Positions 28,363-38,560 of a stretch of DNA of 64,000 bases are shown one piece after another. The DNA comes from a bacterium (GTDB lineage: Bacteria > Patescibacteriota > Dojkabacteria > SC72): NCBI GenBank assembly GCA_021108295.1, contig JAIORF010000102.1:391041-455040 (forward strand), read 5' to 3'. A program made the translations under genes and the position numbers. The stretch's first letter is position 1; every line of letters starts with the position of its first letter. The notes under the pieces were generated by a model. It saw only the letters and a list, made by a program, of their open reading frames with translations, ran no database searches and had not been told where the DNA came from.

Positions 28363-29635
28363 TATTCTTTGAAAGTTTATATGAAATTAATAAGAAAAGT
28401 AAGTAAATAGATGAATAAGCAATTGAATATGCACCTACTGCCAGCATTGCATCACCCCTTTCTATCCCTAGCCAAACGGCGAAAGTTGTACAAGCGAATA
28501 GTAGAATCATAAGTAGTAAATTAAGATTCTGTTTTTCCGCAACTATAATCACATATGTTAATGGACTTACAGTAAACTTGAAGAGATACATTAATGACAA
28601 AGCTCGAATGTAAATTCCTGCAGTTACCCACTCAGCTCCAAAGACTATTGGTACTAACATAGGTGCAAACACAAAAATCAGAATAAAAGGTATTATAGAA
28701 ATCAGAAACAAGCTTTTGAATGTTTTAACAAATATTGCTTCACAATTACCCTTATTCCGATAATCACTACTTGCCCTTTCCCGAAATACATGGGATATAG
28801 ATGTTGAAAATAGTGTAACAGGACTCCCTAGAACCTTCTGGGATAATGCAAAGTTCCCAACAACCGCTTGGCCAAAAGTAATTAGTAATAGTTGTGGTAC
28901 TTGATTTGCAGAGAGATTTACAAACGTTGCAGGTAAATTAAATATCGGGAATTTCTTATATCTAACGAGTTGTTTCTTAATATCTGGAATAAGTGTATGA
29001 AACTTCTCTCCAATGTTTAACCTACTCTTATTTTTGTAATACAAAAGAATAGTTGCTATAAATGTCCCTCCCATGTACCCCACTATTAACCCGACATCTT
29101 TAAATTCAGTCCTGGATAAAAAGTACTGAAAAAGTATACTGAAACCAACATTAAAAATATTAATTACTGACAACCATTTAAAATATTTATTTCTTAGTGA
29201 TAAATAGAAACCTATTTGATATAAGGTATTTAATAGTATTGAAAAACCGAGAAATGCAATTAGTTCATATGAATTGAAATAGTTATATTTAGCTAATAAA
29301 GGTGCGGCTAAAAGAAGAGCTATTGTAATTACAATACTCATAATTCCAGTCAGTAGAATCACACCATACGTTAATAGCTTAAAGGAGCGTTCTTTCTTAG
29401 ACAGTAAAAGAGGGTGTTCATACTGCCCAGTAGCAATAACAGAAAGAATGGAGAGAAATGAAATAAAAATCGCATACTGACCAAAATTAGAAGTACTATA
29501 TATTCTTGTTAAAAACGGATAAAACAAGAGGTATACTGCTTGAGAAGCCACAGTGCCTGAAAACATCATTACAACGTTCTTCCGGAAAGTATTCGCTGGA
29601 AATAATTTATTGACCTTTTGAAAAATCTTTAACAT
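28346..29635 (-). CDS. Wzx-like flippase (MOP superfamily), paralog of 23085..24368
   Basis: 429 aa, ~12 TM. Shares a conserved N-terminal block with the other Wzx paralog. Confidence 0.6.
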   Translation of the reverse strand: MLKIFQKVNKLFPANTFRKNVVMMFSGTVASQAVYLLFYPFLTRIYSTSNFGQYAIFISFLSILSVIATGQYEHPLLLSKKERSFKLLTYGVILLTGIMSIVITIALLLAAPLLAKYNYFNSYELIAFLGFSILLNTLYQIGFYLSLRNKYFKWLSVINIFNVGFSILFQYFLSRTEFKDVGLIVGYMGGTFIATILLYYKNKSRLNIGEKFHTLIPDIKKQLVRYKKFPIFNLPATFVNLSANQVPQLLLITFGQAVVGNFALSQKVLGSPVTLFSTSISHVFRERASSDYRNKGNCEAIFVKTFKSLFLISIIPFILIFVFAPMLVPIVFGAEWVTAGIYIRALSLMYLFKFTVSPLTYVIIVAEKQNLNLLLMILLFACTTFAVWLGIERGDAMLAVGAYSIAYSSIYLLFLLISYKLSKNNEKFS

Positions 29636-30945
29636 CCTTTCAACAGTTCATTAATTACTTTAAATTCTCGATCTTGCTGTTCTGACAATTCTCTAACTTG
29701 ATGTTTATTATTCATATTCTTTTTCAGTTTATCATAGAATGCCTCATCCTTATACATCTTCTGAATTGCATTGGCCATGTTTTTATCAAATTCTGAGTCA
29801 AGCTTAATTAATAGTGAATTCACATTGTTAGTAACAAAACCTTCAAGACTTCCGTCGTCAATTGAAATGATAGGTGTTTTATAATAGATAGCTTCAAGTA
29901 TAGGATTTCCAAGATTACTAAAGTCATTTGTCATGATGACAAGATCAGCCTTTTGAATAATATAATTTGATTCAAAACTATCAATCTTTTCTACAAATAT
30001 CACATTCTCCTCTAATCCCTTTAATTGGACAAAATCTACAAGATCATTCTTGTTCTGAGCATGATAAGTAGTAACCAGAGAAATATTCTCAAGAATGTCT
30101 TTATCTAATTCTAACAAACTACGGATGACTCTGTCTGTTCTCTTCCACGTACTTCCACTAGCATTATTAAAAATTACAAACTTATTTTGTCTTTTAAGCT
30201 CGTCAACTATATTATTATCATAAGATCTTTCATGCGAATATTGAAACACCCCATGAGGCTCAAAGAAAATATTGTCACAACCTTTTAACCTAGCATAATA
30301 CTCACCATCAGTCCCATCCTGAACCATTAAACAAAGATCTGACTTGTTAATACTAAAGAAGTTGTTTGGGAAATACTTAAGTGCAAGAGATAAATTTCTA
30401 TTTGTAGCTTTGAGAATAGTCCCTTGATATTTATTAATATATTTTTTCCTAAATACTTTTGAGAGCCATCTCGAACACATAGTAAAACTTGCTTCATAAC
30501 CAACAATTACACAAGATTTTCTAATTGTTCTTGCTTGAAATAAGACAAGATAAAAAAACAAGATTATATTATCAGTTGTACGGAAGATAAGTTTCATCCA
30601 TTTATTAACTAAATTCATCAGATTATAGTTCCCATAAGGAGGGACTATATCTTCTGACTTTATTTGATCAAAATAATTCCCTGCTGTAGTACTACTTCCA
30701 TTCAATTTAGTTGCAAGACTATTTAAAAATGTAGTAAAGGAAATCTCAAGACTTTTAATTCTAAAAAATGTAAAATAAGGATTGCCTATTACATACTTCC
30801 CCTTACTATCACGACCTGCAGAATACATTGTAACACCAAATTCATGATTCAAGAACATATTCACAAATCTTATTAAGCTTTGATTTCCTTGTTTCCTAAA
30901 AGGTAATCCTGTTATTATAACAACTGGTTTTTCTTTAGACTTCAT
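29629..30945 (-). CDS. Glycosyltransferase (GT-B, GT4-like)
   Basis: 438 aa. C-terminal NPILEAIYYKTPIISIDDGSLEGFV resembles the GT4 E-x7-E region. Confidence 0.5.
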   Translation of the reverse strand: MKSKEKPVVIITGLPFRKQGNQSLIRFVNMFLNHEFGVTMYSAGRDSKGKYVIGNPYFTFFRIKSLEISFTTFLNSLATKLNGSSTTAGNYFDQIKSEDIVPPYGNYNLMNLVNKWMKLIFRTTDNIILFFYLVLFQARTIRKSCVIVGYEASFTMCSRWLSKVFRKKYINKYQGTILKATNRNLSLALKYFPNNFFSINKSDLCLMVQDGTDGEYYARLKGCDNIFFEPHGVFQYSHERSYDNNIVDELKRQNKFVIFNNASGSTWKRTDRVIRSLLELDKDILENISLVTTYHAQNKNDLVDFVQLKGLEENVIFVEKIDSFESNYIIQKADLVIMTNDFSNLGNPILEAIYYKTPIISIDDGSLEGFVTNNVNSLLIKLDSEFDKNMANAIQKMYKDEAFYDKLKKNMNNKHQVRELSEQQDREFKVINELLKGC

Positions 30946-32881
30946 TATCTATTACTTCAAAAATTAATACTTTCTTATTCTTCAGTTGTGTTACTGAATC
31001 AAGTGTTAACCATTCTTCTTCCTTGAAAACCTCTATATAATCCTCAAGTGGGAATTTCTCACCTTTAATATCAGATTTTAGCAGTATTAATTTATTAATT
31101 CCATTTTCTCTAATACAGGATTGAAACTCTTCCATATCCTCCATATCCCACATATAGTAGAAATTTTGTTTAATCTCAATCGCATCCAGCTCTCTACCTA
31201 TCTTCTGTTTATCAAGCATCCAATGCCATTCGATTGGCAAATAATTATTTGCCCTAAAGATATTTACCAAATACGTAAATTCCGAATTATCACTTGCTTG
31301 ACAATCGAAGTAAACAATATCTTCCGGTTCTAACAAGTTTGCAATCTTCTCTGTCTCTCCGTTAATACCCCAAAGTTGACTTTTGTATATCTGATTTTTT
31401 GTAAGTATTGCAAAAGATGTCAGAAATATTGAGGATCCTATTATGAAACCCGCTATTAAGCTTACAATTAGTTTCCTATACTTCTTAGTAACAAATAACA
31501 AGAACAGTAAGAATAAGAGTATGGCAAAGGACACCATATTAAACAGTTCCTTTATATTACCAAAATCCTGATAAATAAATGTTGCCACCATTAAAAAGCC
31601 CGATACAACCAAGACATATAAAAAATATTGTCTAAATGTCTTTTTGTTTTCTATCGTTTGAATCAAAAAATAAATCAAAAATATAATTGAAAATGGAATA
31701 ATAGTTAAAATATATCTTTGATGAGATGATCTAATCATATATATAACTAAATAAGACCAATAAAAGATATTTAGAAATAAAAGTTTCTTATCTTTTCTAT
31801 ACCATTCTTTAAAAAGGAAAATTGAAGAGACCAAGGACATTATAATAATAACAAGTGGAATTCCTTGAAATGAGAAATTTGTAATATACAAGAGCTTCTC
31901 TAAGTACGCCAAAGAGTAACCCACAACAGTGAGAACTAACATTTTTACTTCCTCAGAAAAAGACCTACCTCCATCAGTTATAGCCTCATCATCTGCTTCC
32001 TTCGTAAAATCTTTAATTAAATTATATGCAATATTGTGATTAGTATATGAACTCATATCAGATAAAGCACTTTCAGGTAATGTGTGCTTGGTTTGATAAC
32101 TAAATCCTGAGGTTGTTAAACCCAGTAAAGAGGCGTTGAACATATTAATAGGTATCAATGATGTATAAAACATTATAAAGAGATACATAACCGAAGGTAT
32201 TAGTAAAAGTAGAAACGTTCTAATTGTTTTAAATGCTGAAGAAAAGAAACTTCGAAATCCCGAGAAGTTGATTGTAAAGAAGTATATTATTAATGGTGGT
32301 AAAATTGCAAAGAACACATATTCCTTTGCTTCCAATATAAGCAAAAGGAGAAGTCCTTTAAGTAATAATTTCTTATCGTCTTTTATTAGAGTATAGGTAA
32401 ATAAAACCAGCGAGAACAAAACAGGAATCTCTCTATGAAATGTCGTTGTATAACTAAAAAAACCATAATTGGTTAATAACAGAATAACAGCAATAATAGA
32501 CCATCTTCCAATTTTAAGATTTTCACTAATCAAAAGATAAAATATCCAAGCTGTCACTGCAGCCAGTACTACATGAAATAATGTAGCAATATAAATATTA
32601 GGTCCCGTTACTATAAAAATTAGAGCTATTGGAAGTTTGAATATAAATCCATGAACCCCCACTCCATAATTTGCAATCCATTCTCCTTTCTTAAGAATCT
32701 CGCTCATCATCACAGTTTCGTGAAGAAAGAGTTTCTCGTCGAATACTGCAAATCTAAAATGAATAATTACCGCTATCAAAACTGAATATATTAGAATAAT
32801 ACCTAATACCAACTTTCTCTGATCTACTGTTTGCACAACGTTCTTGAATTTATCGAAGAACTGACTCAAAAGTTTTTGCAT
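30935..32881 (-). CDS. Polytopic membrane protein, GT-C fold (ArnT/PMT-like) glycosyltransferase candidate; paralog of 21208..23055
   Basis: 648 aa. >10 TM helices. First-loop FDEKLFLHE motif. NYGVGVHGF...GPNIYIATL block is conserved with the paralog. Confidence 0.5.
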   Translation of the reverse strand: MQKLLSQFFDKFKNVVQTVDQRKLVLGIILIYSVLIAVIIHFRFAVFDEKLFLHETVMMSEILKKGEWIANYGVGVHGFIFKLPIALIFIVTGPNIYIATLFHVVLAAVTAWIFYLLISENLKIGRWSIIAVILLLTNYGFFSYTTTFHREIPVLFSLVLFTYTLIKDDKKLLLKGLLLLLILEAKEYVFFAILPPLIIYFFTINFSGFRSFFSSAFKTIRTFLLLLIPSVMYLFIMFYTSLIPINMFNASLLGLTTSGFSYQTKHTLPESALSDMSSYTNHNIAYNLIKDFTKEADDEAITDGGRSFSEEVKMLVLTVVGYSLAYLEKLLYITNFSFQGIPLVIIIMSLVSSIFLFKEWYRKDKKLLFLNIFYWSYLVIYMIRSSHQRYILTIIPFSIIFLIYFLIQTIENKKTFRQYFLYVLVVSGFLMVATFIYQDFGNIKELFNMVSFAILLFLLFLLFVTKKYRKLIVSLIAGFIIGSSIFLTSFAILTKNQIYKSQLWGINGETEKIANLLEPEDIVYFDCQASDNSEFTYLVNIFRANNYLPIEWHWMLDKQKIGRELDAIEIKQNFYYMWDMEDMEEFQSCIRENGINKLILLKSDIKGEKFPLEDYIEVFKEEEWLTLDSVTQLKNKKVLIFEVIDNEV

Positions 32882-32901
32882 TGGAAGGGTTCGTGAAGAT
32901 A

Positions 32902-33996
32902 TTATTTCTGCAACCTTTCATTATCCATCATATCCATCCACATCGCAAAAACAAGGGCTTGAAAACCTGAAATGGCTAAAAAGATAAATGCAACAAAAGA
33001 ATTTGTTGAAATCTTATGACCACCGAAAACATCATTTACCACAGCTATTGTATACGGTATATTAGCTAAAAACAGTACAATTGATAAATGATACAGTAAG
33101 AAAAGAGGATGGAAATCCCTAAATAAATACTTCTTGTACATCCTAGTCCAAAACAACTTAAAAAGTAACCAACTAATCCTTGGGATAACTTTAAATACTC
33201 TCATTTTAGACTTCTCTCCTACATTATAAATAGGTTTAATAGGTATTTCTCTAATAGCAAAATTTGCAATATTTAACTTAACAAGAATATCATTAGGACA
33301 ACCGTAAGATTTATAAATGTTATAAATATTAATCCCTTGTAACGCATTTAATGATATTGATGTATATCCAGTTTGAGTATCTGAAATTTGCCAATAACCA
33401 CTAGCTATCTTTGTCATCAAAGATAGTACAGAGTTTCCAAAGAACCTTACCTTAGGAATAACCAAGCTTGCAGACCTATGTTTTAATCTATTACCCTTTA
33501 CATAATCAACCTCTTCATTTACAACAGGCATACAAATTTCCTCTAATTCACCCGGATCCATTTGCCCATCCCCTGCCATAACTGCAGTACAATCCAGGTT
33601 GTTATCCAAACACCATTTGTATCCTGTCGCAATGGCTGCTCCTACAGAGCCATTCTCCAAGTGATTAATCAAAATGATTCTTGAATTCTTAGGATCTTTG
33701 TTTACAACTTCAGATGGAATATAGTAGCCATTTTCGTCTTCTCTCATTTTCTCAACAACTATCTCTGCATAGTTATACTTATTAGGAACAATCTTCTTTC
33801 TATGATTTAAGTCTCTAACTTCTGATTTATCATTTTCTATATACTTTTTAACAACCTCTGCAGTCTTATCTTTAGAAAGATCATTAACTATTACTATCCT
33901 ATCAACATAGTCTGGCATACTTTCAATAACCATACCAATTTGTTCTTCTTCATTATATGCAGGTACAACTACTGCAATTGTTTTGTTTTTTAACAT
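32902..33996 (-). CDS. GT2 glycosyltransferase of polyprenol-phosphate-sugar synthase type (GtrB/DPM1/ArnC-like) with C-terminal TM helices
   Basis: 364 aa. N-terminal VVVPAYNEEEQIG...IVNDLSKDKT (GT-A DxD-type fold) plus two C-terminal TM helices, as in GtrB-like enzymes. Confidence 0.7.
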   Translation of the reverse strand: MLKNKTIAVVVPAYNEEEQIGMVIESMPDYVDRIVIVNDLSKDKTAEVVKKYIENDKSEVRDLNHRKKIVPNKYNYAEIVVEKMREDENGYYIPSEVVNKDPKNSRIILINHLENGSVGAAIATGYKWCLDNNLDCTAVMAGDGQMDPGELEEICMPVVNEEVDYVKGNRLKHRSASLVIPKVRFFGNSVLSLMTKIASGYWQISDTQTGYTSISLNALQGINIYNIYKSYGCPNDILVKLNIANFAIREIPIKPIYNVGEKSKMRVFKVIPRISWLLFKLFWTRMYKKYLFRDFHPLFLLYHLSIVLFLANIPYTIAVVNDVFGGHKISTNSFVAFIFLAISGFQALVFAMWMDMMDNERLQK

Positions 33997-34022
33997 TCCT
34001 GTTATTATATCAATTTACAAAA

Positions 34023-36080
34023 TTATTTCCAACGAAATAGAAAAGTACTATATGAACCATAATAAAATCTATTAGGAATAACCATATATTCACACAAAGG
34101 AATATCTTTTGTGTGATCAATCATCTCAAAATATTCATCTTCAGATCTAAGACAATGAACAAAGTAATTATGTCGGAAATCAAAAACTTTTACAAGTTCA
34201 AAGTCATCCCTGTTCAACCGTTCTAAATTTGAGACCGTTGTTAAAATGTAAACCTCATCATAATTCTCCTTCACACTCACAAATTCTTCCTTCTCAATAT
34301 AACTAAGGTAATACATTGGGAAAACATTCATATCATAGTAATATTTCATAGGTAGAACTATTTGATCAAAAGACTCAAAGCCATGATTCGCAACAAACAA
34401 AAGATCCTCTTCTCCTAAAATACTATCCAAATCCTCATAAACTCTCTTATCTGCTCCCTCATAGTCCCTTAACTGAAGAATTGAAAAGAAACCCATATAC
34501 AAAGTACTAGAAACAACAAACAATACCAATATCCATTTTCCTAACCTCTTCTTTGAAATATCCACTAAAAAGATAGAAATTGACACTAAACATAAAGGTA
34601 TTAATTCGCTAAATTGATATCTCGTAAAATAGTAATGATATTGTGTCAATCTTAATACTCCCCAACAATAGGTTAACAAAATCAATATAGCCATTATTAA
34701 TAAAGAAATAGTTATCTTTCTCTTTTTGATAAGGTGGGGAAAAGAAATTGGTAATAAGAGAAATCCTATTGGAGATAGATAAAGGACTGTAGTCAAAAAG
34801 CTTAGCTGTTTTAAATACGACAAACTATTGAATGAGAGAATACTGTTACTATTATCAACAAATATCTCTCTCACATAAAAGTAAACACTATATAGAATCA
34901 ATCCTATAAATAAGGATCTCGCGATTACAAAAAATTTATTATATAAAAATTTCATAACCTTCTTCATTATCATCCTAGGTTTTCTGAAAGATAATAACCC
35001 AGCAAAAAGCAAAGTTCCTAAAACAAAACTAACCTGAATAATGTAAGAATCAAAATAGCTCAGGAGTCTTTTCCCAACAACAAGATTAAATAGGTTTGGA
35101 ATAAAAATCTTATAATATAAAAAGGATAACATCATGGTCAAAATCCATATTGTTGAATAACCTGTTAGATGTTTTAAAAGAAGTTTATCCTTCTTAAAAA
35201 GATAATAGCTTATAGGAATCAATACGATAATTGGGATAAAGAATATTGCATTCATCCTCGTATAAAACAAAGCATTAATCGTTACTAAAGATAGAACTAG
35301 CGATAATATGTCTCTTTTTCTTTTTCCCCAATTTCTATAGAACCTCATCAGATAGTAAAATGAAAATAAAAAGAAAGTTAAAGAAACAATCTCAGTAAGA
35401 GGTACTCTAGAAAAATAAACATGCAATGGATTAATAGCTAACAAGAAAGATGCTAATAACCCTACCCTCTTATTCTTCCCTGATATCTCATAACTAAACA
35501 GATACATACCAACAATAGAGAGAATACTAAACATAGTTAAAGCATACACCCTATTATCACTACCAAACATTTCTCCAAAAGTTGCCATCCAAGATGGAAA
35601 AACAGGGTAGAAGGGCATTAAATATTCAGAATTATCGATATCAAACTCCTTAACTCCAGCAAACACATTCCCAATATCATAATAATATTTAGCATCTACT
35701 GACAAAGACTCCCTTAACTCATCCTTTATATATAAACTCTTGTTCTCCTGATACTGTTTAGATAAAGAAACATACGTTCCCTGATCCTGCCCACCCGTAA
35801 GATATAGATTAGGAGATAGTCTTAGAAATATAGCTATAAGAATAATTGGTAACAGGAATAAAGATAAACTTTTAACCTTTCTGATGTTTATCCTTAGTTT
35901 AAACAGTAAAAATATTAAACCACACACAATTACTCCCAATACTAAAGACAAAACAGGATAAAATATTTCAAATGAAAGTAATACAACATTAATAATACTT
36001 ACTATTGATACATACGCTACAATGATATCGATTAAGGATATATCTCTGCATGTTTTTACAAGCCTTTTGTCTACAGTCAT
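34023..36080 (-). CDS. Large polytopic membrane protein (candidate GT-C / YfhO-like partner of the adjacent GtrB-like GT2)
   Basis: 685 aa, >12 predicted TM helices, no soluble catalytic motif. Assignment is by architecture and neighbourhood only. Confidence 0.35.
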   Translation of the reverse strand: MTVDKRLVKTCRDISLIDIIVAYVSIVSIINVVLLSFEIFYPVLSLVLGVIVCGLIFLLFKLRINIRKVKSLSLFLLPIILIAIFLRLSPNLYLTGGQDQGTYVSLSKQYQENKSLYIKDELRESLSVDAKYYYDIGNVFAGVKEFDIDNSEYLMPFYPVFPSWMATFGEMFGSDNRVYALTMFSILSIVGMYLFSYEISGKNKRVGLLASFLLAINPLHVYFSRVPLTEIVSLTFFLFSFYYLMRFYRNWGKRKRDILSLVLSLVTINALFYTRMNAIFFIPIIVLIPISYYLFKKDKLLLKHLTGYSTIWILTMMLSFLYYKIFIPNLFNLVVGKRLLSYFDSYIIQVSFVLGTLLFAGLLSFRKPRMIMKKVMKFLYNKFFVIARSLFIGLILYSVYFYVREIFVDNSNSILSFNSLSYLKQLSFLTTVLYLSPIGFLLLPISFPHLIKKRKITISLLIMAILILLTYCWGVLRLTQYHYYFTRYQFSELIPLCLVSISIFLVDISKKRLGKWILVLFVVSSTLYMGFFSILQLRDYEGADKRVYEDLDSILGEEDLLFVANHGFESFDQIVLPMKYYYDMNVFPMYYLSYIEKEEFVSVKENYDEVYILTTVSNLERLNRDDFELVKVFDFRHNYFVHCLRSEDEYFEMIDHTKDIPLCEYMVIPNRFYYGSYSTFLFRWK

Positions 36081-36089
36081 TAGTAACTA

Positions 36090-37418
36090 CTATACATTAC
36101 CAATACCTTTATACACAAATCCCTTCTCTCTTGCTTCTTCTTTATCAAAAATGTTTCTACCATCTATAATTATTGGTCTATTACCCATTTGCTTTAACAT
36201 ATCATCATAGTTTAGTGCCTTATACTCATCATGCCCTGTCATCAAAATGACAGCATCTTTACCATCAAGCATCTTCCATATCTCCCCCTTATACTCTTTG
36301 ATAAATGAATCATGTACTTCAAATTTTACACCATTTTCCTTAAGTTTCTCCATTAAAGGTTCACTAGGAGTATTTCTATCATCATCTGAATTTGCATCAT
36401 ATGCATAACCCAAGACTAAAACATTTACATCTTTAATACTCTTACCACTTTCCTTTACTGCATCTTCAAAAAGCTCATACATATGTAAAGGCATAAAGTC
36501 GTTAATATGTCTTGCGATAGGTATAAGTTTAGGATTTACAATATCTCTAACCTCATGTATTAAGAGCCAGGAGTCTTTAGGTATACAGTGTCCTCCAACA
36601 CCAGCACCTGGGTAGTGCATCTGTCTTAGAGCCTCTGGTCTTGTATCTGTAACCTTCTTACAGTTATTAATAAACTCTCTCACCTTCCAAACATTCGCAC
36701 CATACGCTTCACACAATAAAGCCATTTCATTAGCAAATGCAATCTGTACATCCCTATATGTATTCTCTCCTGCTTTTACTATCTCTGCGGTAATACAATC
36801 TGTCTCTTGTAACTCTCCTTGTACAACATTCTTATATAATTCCTTAACCACTTTAGCAGACTCAGGAGTCCAACCACCAATCACTCTGTTGTAATATCTA
36901 ATATTCTCTAGTAAATGACCCGGCATCAATCTCTCTGGGCAATTAGCAAGATAGAAGTCTTTCCCTGCCTCCATACCTGATTCTTTTTCCAATACTGGCT
37001 TTACAACATGTTCCATTGTACCTGGAGCAATTGTAGATTCTATAATAACGGTTACGCCTTTCTTCATATTTTCCCCAACACTCTTTAATGCACTTTTAAG
37101 ATTTTCGTAAGTAGGTTTCTTATTTTCTTCTGCTACAGGTGTTTGTACAGCAACTATTATGTAATCTGCTAATTTGTACTCACTCATATCTGAAGTAGCT
37201 CTGAAATTCCCCTTTTCAAAAACCTTCTCTACTAATTCATCTAAACCAGGCTCTTGACCTTTTATTGGATTCTCTCCTTCATTTAATTTCTTAACTCTGT
37301 CTTCTAAAATATCAAATCCTATTACATCGAAACCTGCGTCAGCAAAAAGCATAGCTACAGGATATCCAACATATCCAAGACCACAAATACCAACAATTTT
37401 CTTACTGTTATCTGACAT
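36090..37418 (-). CDS. Nucleotide-sugar 6-dehydrogenase (WbpA/WecC-like UDP-GlcNAc/ManNAc dehydrogenase)
   Basis: 442 aa. N-terminal NAD fold IVGICGLGYVGYPVAMLFADAG. Catalytic-Cys region GGHCIPKD. Confidence 0.8.
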   Translation of the reverse strand: MSDNSKKIVGICGLGYVGYPVAMLFADAGFDVIGFDILEDRVKKLNEGENPIKGQEPGLDELVEKVFEKGNFRATSDMSEYKLADYIIVAVQTPVAEENKKPTYENLKSALKSVGENMKKGVTVIIESTIAPGTMEHVVKPVLEKESGMEAGKDFYLANCPERLMPGHLLENIRYYNRVIGGWTPESAKVVKELYKNVVQGELQETDCITAEIVKAGENTYRDVQIAFANEMALLCEAYGANVWKVREFINNCKKVTDTRPEALRQMHYPGAGVGGHCIPKDSWLLIHEVRDIVNPKLIPIARHINDFMPLHMYELFEDAVKESGKSIKDVNVLVLGYAYDANSDDDRNTPSEPLMEKLKENGVKFEVHDSFIKEYKGEIWKMLDGKDAVILMTGHDEYKALNYDDMLKQMGNRPIIIDGRNIFDKEEAREKGFVYKGIGNV

Positions 37419-37435
37419 ATATTTAAATATTTAAC

Positions 37436-38542
37436 TTATTTCTTGGAAAGCTCTACTATCTTATCTGCTATCAAGCTAACATCGTCTTCTGTAACAAAAG
37501 GATTCACAGGAAGTGATAATACTTGTTTAGACATCCTCTCTGAAACAGGAAAGTCTCCTTCCTTGTACCCCATCTTTCTAAAATGCTCATGTAGATGTAG
37601 AGGTTTAGGATAATACACACCACAGCCAATATCATTAGATTTCAAGAATTCCATTAACTCGTCTCGTGTATGACCAAACTCATCTACAACCCTAAGGGTA
37701 TATTGATGATAAACGTGCCTATTCCCTTTCAAAGCTTTAGGTAATATCAAACCTTTAACATTAGAAAGTGCTTCTGATAATAACTCTGCATTTCTAATCC
37801 TTGTCTTTGTAATGTAATCTTCCTTTTTCATTTGTTCAACACCTAGAGCAGCTACAATATCAGTCATTCTGTAATTATGACCTAACTCTAGGTATTCATA
37901 CCGTACAGAAGCATCTTGTCCATGATGTCTAAATATTCTCGCTTTCCTCGCTATTTCATCATCATTTGTAACTAACATTCCACCTTCTCCAGTTGCAATA
38001 TTTTTCGTTGCATAGAATGAGAAAGTTGCAACATCTCCAAAATTTCCTGCCTTTATACCACCTTGCTCAGCCCCAACTGCTTGACAGGCATCCTCTAATA
38101 TACCCAACCCATGAGTATCAGCGATTTTCTTAATCTTGTCATATTTATAAATCTGACCGTACAAATCTACAGGTATTATAGCTTTCGTCTTTTTACTAAT
38201 CTTTTCCTCTATTTTCGCAGGATCAATACAAAAATCGTCTTCAGCAATATCCACGAAAACCACCTTACCACCTTCCATAACGATAGGGTTAGCAGTAGCT
38301 ACAAATGTAAATGGTACAGTAATTACTTCATCACCTTGCTTAACACCAAGAGCTCTAACTCCACTATGTATTGCAGTCGTACCATTTGAAAAGGCAACAG
38401 CATGTTTTACACCACAGAATTTCGCAAACATTTCTTCAAACTCTTTTGTTTTAGGACCTTGTGCAATCATCCCAGATTTTAAAACTTCAACAACTGCATC
38501 TATTTCTTCTTGTCCAATTAGTGGTTTTGAAATTGGAATCAT
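37436..38542 (-). CDS. DegT/DnrJ/EryC1/StrS-family PLP-dependent sugar aminotransferase (WbpE-like)
   Basis: 368 aa. PLP-lysine region FSFYATKNIATGEGGMLVTND. Confidence 0.8.
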   Translation of the reverse strand: MIPISKPLIGQEEIDAVVEVLKSGMIAQGPKTKEFEEMFAKFCGVKHAVAFSNGTTAIHSGVRALGVKQGDEVITVPFTFVATANPIVMEGGKVVFVDIAEDDFCIDPAKIEEKISKKTKAIIPVDLYGQIYKYDKIKKIADTHGLGILEDACQAVGAEQGGIKAGNFGDVATFSFYATKNIATGEGGMLVTNDDEIARKARIFRHHGQDASVRYEYLELGHNYRMTDIVAALGVEQMKKEDYITKTRIRNAELLSEALSNVKGLILPKALKGNRHVYHQYTLRVVDEFGHTRDELMEFLKSNDIGCGVYYPKPLHLHEHFRKMGYKEGDFPVSERMSKQVLSLPVNPFVTEDDVSLIADKIVELSKK

Positions 38543-38560
38543 ATTTGTCTAAATAATAAA

